Source: Mustelus asterias
Lineage: Eukaryota
Assembly: GCF_964213995.1 (NCBI RefSeq)
Contig: NW_027590147.1
Coordinates: forward strand, 1-64,000
Length of the DNA: 64,000 nucleotides
Direction of reading: 5' to 3'
How positions within the stretch are numbered: the stretch's first letter is position 1; each line of letters starts with the position of its first letter. The position numbers and the translations under genes were made by a program. The notes beneath the pieces are model-generated. The model saw only the letters and a list, made by a program, of their open reading frames with translations, did no database searches and was not told the origin of the DNA. Positions 61,266 through 64,000 of the stretch are shown here, piece by piece.

Positions 61266-61854
61266 CTGGAGGATAAAAAAAGAAACAGCGTTTTCTTCTG
61301 TGTTTCAGTCATTGTTTACCAGGGGAATGTGTCAATTGCGGGAGTAGCTCAGTTTTATTCGGTGTTATTATCACTTTAAATCTGATGGAACTGTATTCAC
61401 TGTTATTATTATTGTAAACCAGTGGAAAATGAGGTTTTCTTTACACAACAAGATCCAACGGTCTGGAATGCAATGTCAGAATGATGGTGGGAGCTGAATC
61501 AACAGTGACAAACACACGGGAATAGTCAAGCGCCGGAACAGGAATAAAACAGGGTTATGGGGAAAATTCATGACTGAGGGGAAGAACTGGATTTCACTTA
61601 TAAAGGGCTGCATCTACTCGAGGGTCACCCTTTCGCTCTCCAGGATTCAATGATGTATGTTACATTTCACTTTCTATTTCCCTTCCTAAGAGACAGACAC
61701 GAGGGAACATTTTATTATCAGTGAGGCAATCCGTTCCAAGTGACTAACCCAGCTGCGCTACGTCGAAGCGCACAGCAAGATCCAACAGGGAATGACTGTG
61801 ATTCATCAGCTCCAATGGGGATGGAATGATGTTGAACATCGGTGCTCAAATGTC

Positions 61855-62195
61855 ATAGAAATCATAGAAACCCTACAGTGCAGAAGGAGGCCATTCGGCC
61901 CATCGAGTCTGCACCGACCACAATCCCACCCAGGCCCTACCCCCACATATTTTACCCACTAATCCCTCTAATCTACACATCCCAGGACTCTAAGGGGCAA
62001 TTTTTTAACCTGGCCAATCAACCTAACCCGCACATCTTTGGACTGTGGGAGGAAACCGGAGCACCCGGAGGAAACCCACACAGACACGAGGAGAATGTGC
62101 AAACTCCACACAGACAGTGACCCGAGCCGGGAATCGAACCCGGGACCCTGGAGCTGTGAAGCAGCAGTGCTAACCACTGTGCTACCGTGCCGCCC
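61855..62195 (-). mobile_element. HE1/V-SINE-like element, full length
   Basis: Close sibling of 60245-60582. Confidence 0.85.
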
Positions 62196-62631
62196 TTTCC
62201 TTTATATCTGTTTAACACTTCCCGGGAATCTCTGTTTATTCATCTATTTGGTTTTCTTCTGCTATCTAACTATCAGGAACATCTTTTCTCCTTTTCTCTT
62301 TACTTGGAAATATTTACAGTCAGTTTTATTTTGTTTCAACATTTATTTTGCGCTGTTTGGGTTCGTTGCAATCGTGGAAAGTTCTCCCAAAGTCTCTCAG
62401 TTGTCAGTTGGGTTTATTCTGTTCAGTTCCTGCAGTGGTTTTACAGTTACTCACTGGGAACTGCCTCTTCTGGCTCTCTGACAATTTCAATTCTTTTTTT
62501 GCTCTTTAACTGATTCTCTTCTGCTCTCTCTGGGCGGAATTTTCTCTAAGTTTTACATTGTATAGAAACTGCAGAAGAGGAACAGGCAATTCGGCCTAAC
62601 TCACTGATGTCTGCCTAGATACACCCGTCAT

Positions 62632-62768
62632 GATGTGGAGATGCCGGCGTTGGACTGGGGTAAACACAGTAAGAAGTTTAACAACACCAGGTTAAAGTCC
62701 AACAGGTTTATTTGGTAGCAAAAGCCACACAAGCTTTCGGAGCTGCAAGCCCCTTCTTCAGATGAGTG
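62632..62768. mobile_element. Penelope-derived short repeat with hammerhead-like core
   Basis: Homologous to 20128-20305; minus-strand CTGAAGA-AGGGGCTTGCAGCTCC-GAAAGCTT at 62761-62731. Confidence 0.7.
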
Positions 62769-62930
62769 ACTCCCAAATCACGTCCTGCCCCCAAATCAAA
62801 ATCTGTAACGGATCTGTAAACAGATCCTTATCCGTATCAATTGGACTGAAACGATACAGATCACGATAATAAAATGACGGTGAGCGTTACACGATACATT
62901 TTGTAACACGGCGGGGTTGGAGTAACTTAC

Positions 62931-63021
62931 CGGCTGTGACAGTCACCACCGTCCCTGATCCATCGGCTTCATACCAGGTCGTACACACTGATACCGATCT
63001 CAGACTCCCCGTACAAGAACT
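62931..63021 (-). CDS. NARTCR J segment (TTWYEADGSGTVVTVTA) with 22-spacer RSS
   Basis: Coding 62983-62931; IgNAR-like DGXG motif; donor G|GTAAGT; RSS CACACTG-22-ACAAGAACT. Confidence 0.92.
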
Positions 63022-63331
63022 ACCGACTGCTCAACTTGACGGGAAATCATCACAGTCATTTGGAAGTTCCCATTATTCGGGGGATTTAAATCAATAAATA
63101 TTATTCAATGTTTTGAAGTCTCTGTCAGTTCAAACTGTTCTTTTTGAGGCCCCGCGTTCTCAGTAAATATCTCCAGGTAGGAGATAGTCGCTTCATATTA
63201 ACTGAGAAAAATATCAAAGAAAGATGTGAGTCACGGAAAGTGCAATGTAATTAATCCAGATTGCAGCGCTAATAACATCAACCCATAATTCTCTCTCTGG
63301 GCCCTGCGAATGTATAAGGTAATTGTGCACA

Positions 63332-63403
63332 GGTATTTGCTCAGCTCCTTTTCACTGTGACTGTCCCAACCACTACACAGTGTTATAATTCAGCATCAAA
63401 ACC
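63332..63403 (-). CDS. NARTCR D segment TAGTGGTTGGGACAGT (63375-63360), 12/12 RSS
   Basis: V-facing CACAGTG-12-ATCAAAACC (63376-63403); J-facing CACAGTG-12-GCAAATACC (63359-63332). Confidence 0.9.
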
Positions 63404-63728
63404 CCATATACTGTGTGAGATGTAGGGACATTAATTAAACAGCGGGGACTGCGGTTCCCAGTTCCAGCTGAGAGACGATGATCCCATCTTTTGTTTGGGT
63501 TTGTAACTGGGATCAGTCATTTCCATTCTTCATTCATCACCGCTGATCCCGGAAAGATATCAGCTTCCGCACACACTTCATGTTTATAACACTCAGAATG
63601 TTAACGGTAATAATCAAATCCTCATTATAAACTTGACTGTGGGATTGACGGTGTGCGATGGAACTGTGCGGGTGTCAGAGAAGATTAACTCCGCTTTTTC
63701 ATTTGTTTATGTGAAAATCTTCAGTGAG

Positions 63729-64000
63729 AGTTTTAGTATGGCGGGAAGCCGAGACACATCACTGTGCCGTCTCCTTTGTAATGAGCTTTACAGTAATAGG
63801 TGGCGGCGTCTTCAACTCTCACATCCCGAATTTCCAACGAAAATGTCTTTTCTGCTTTATTCACCGACTCAACAAATCTCCCTCCGCCGGAGATCCGCTC
63901 CCGCTCTGTCCCAGCCTGTGTTTGCCTGAAGAATTCCGCCCTCTCCAAAGCACGAGCGTAGAATCCACCATAGAAAACACAGGTGATGGTGAGGGACTGA
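63729..64000 (-). CDS. NARTCR V exon (IgNAR-like V, 5' part outside window) with 22-spacer RSS
   Basis: QSLTITCVFYGGFYARALERAEFFRQTQAGTERERISGGGRFVESVNKAEKTFSLEIRDVRVEDAATYYCKAHYKGD; short inter-Cys span with CDR2 deleted and ISGGGRFVESVN/YYCKA VNAR signatures; RSS CACAGTG-22-ACTAAAACT. Confidence 0.93.

Noticed and set aside
60245-62195. tRNA genes
   Set aside because: The A/B boxes belong to SINE heads that continue into SINE core and LINE-derived tails; no cloverleaf gene is seen.

Overview
Eukaryotic, cartilaginous-fish (shark-like) genomic DNA containing the 3' end of a T-cell receptor delta locus on the minus strand, embedded in dense retroelement sequence. In transcription order (right to left) it holds: (1) a NARTCR cassette, made of an IgNAR-like V cut by the window edge, a 12/12 D, a DGSG-type J, and a leaderless supporting Vdelta with a CDR1 Cys, followed by three tandem 23-RSS copies; (2) a 10.6-kb decayed endogenous retrovirus with 708-bp LTRs, a 5-bp TSD, a tRNA-Phe PBS, gamma-type Env and no visible PR/RT; (3) an intact but atypical TCR V with extra CDR1 and CDR2 cysteines; (4) two IgH-like V pseudogenes; (5) about 11 kb of nested CR1 LINEs; (6) one 12/23 Ddelta; (7) a J cluster with three clearly intact J segments, one open J with a non-canonical heptamer, and several pseudo or relic Js; (8) three Cdelta coding exons. 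Most ORFs in the supplied track are CR1 fragments, antisense shadows or microsatellite artefacts. All coordinates were read by eye; repeat boundaries are approximate unless a TSD is quoted.
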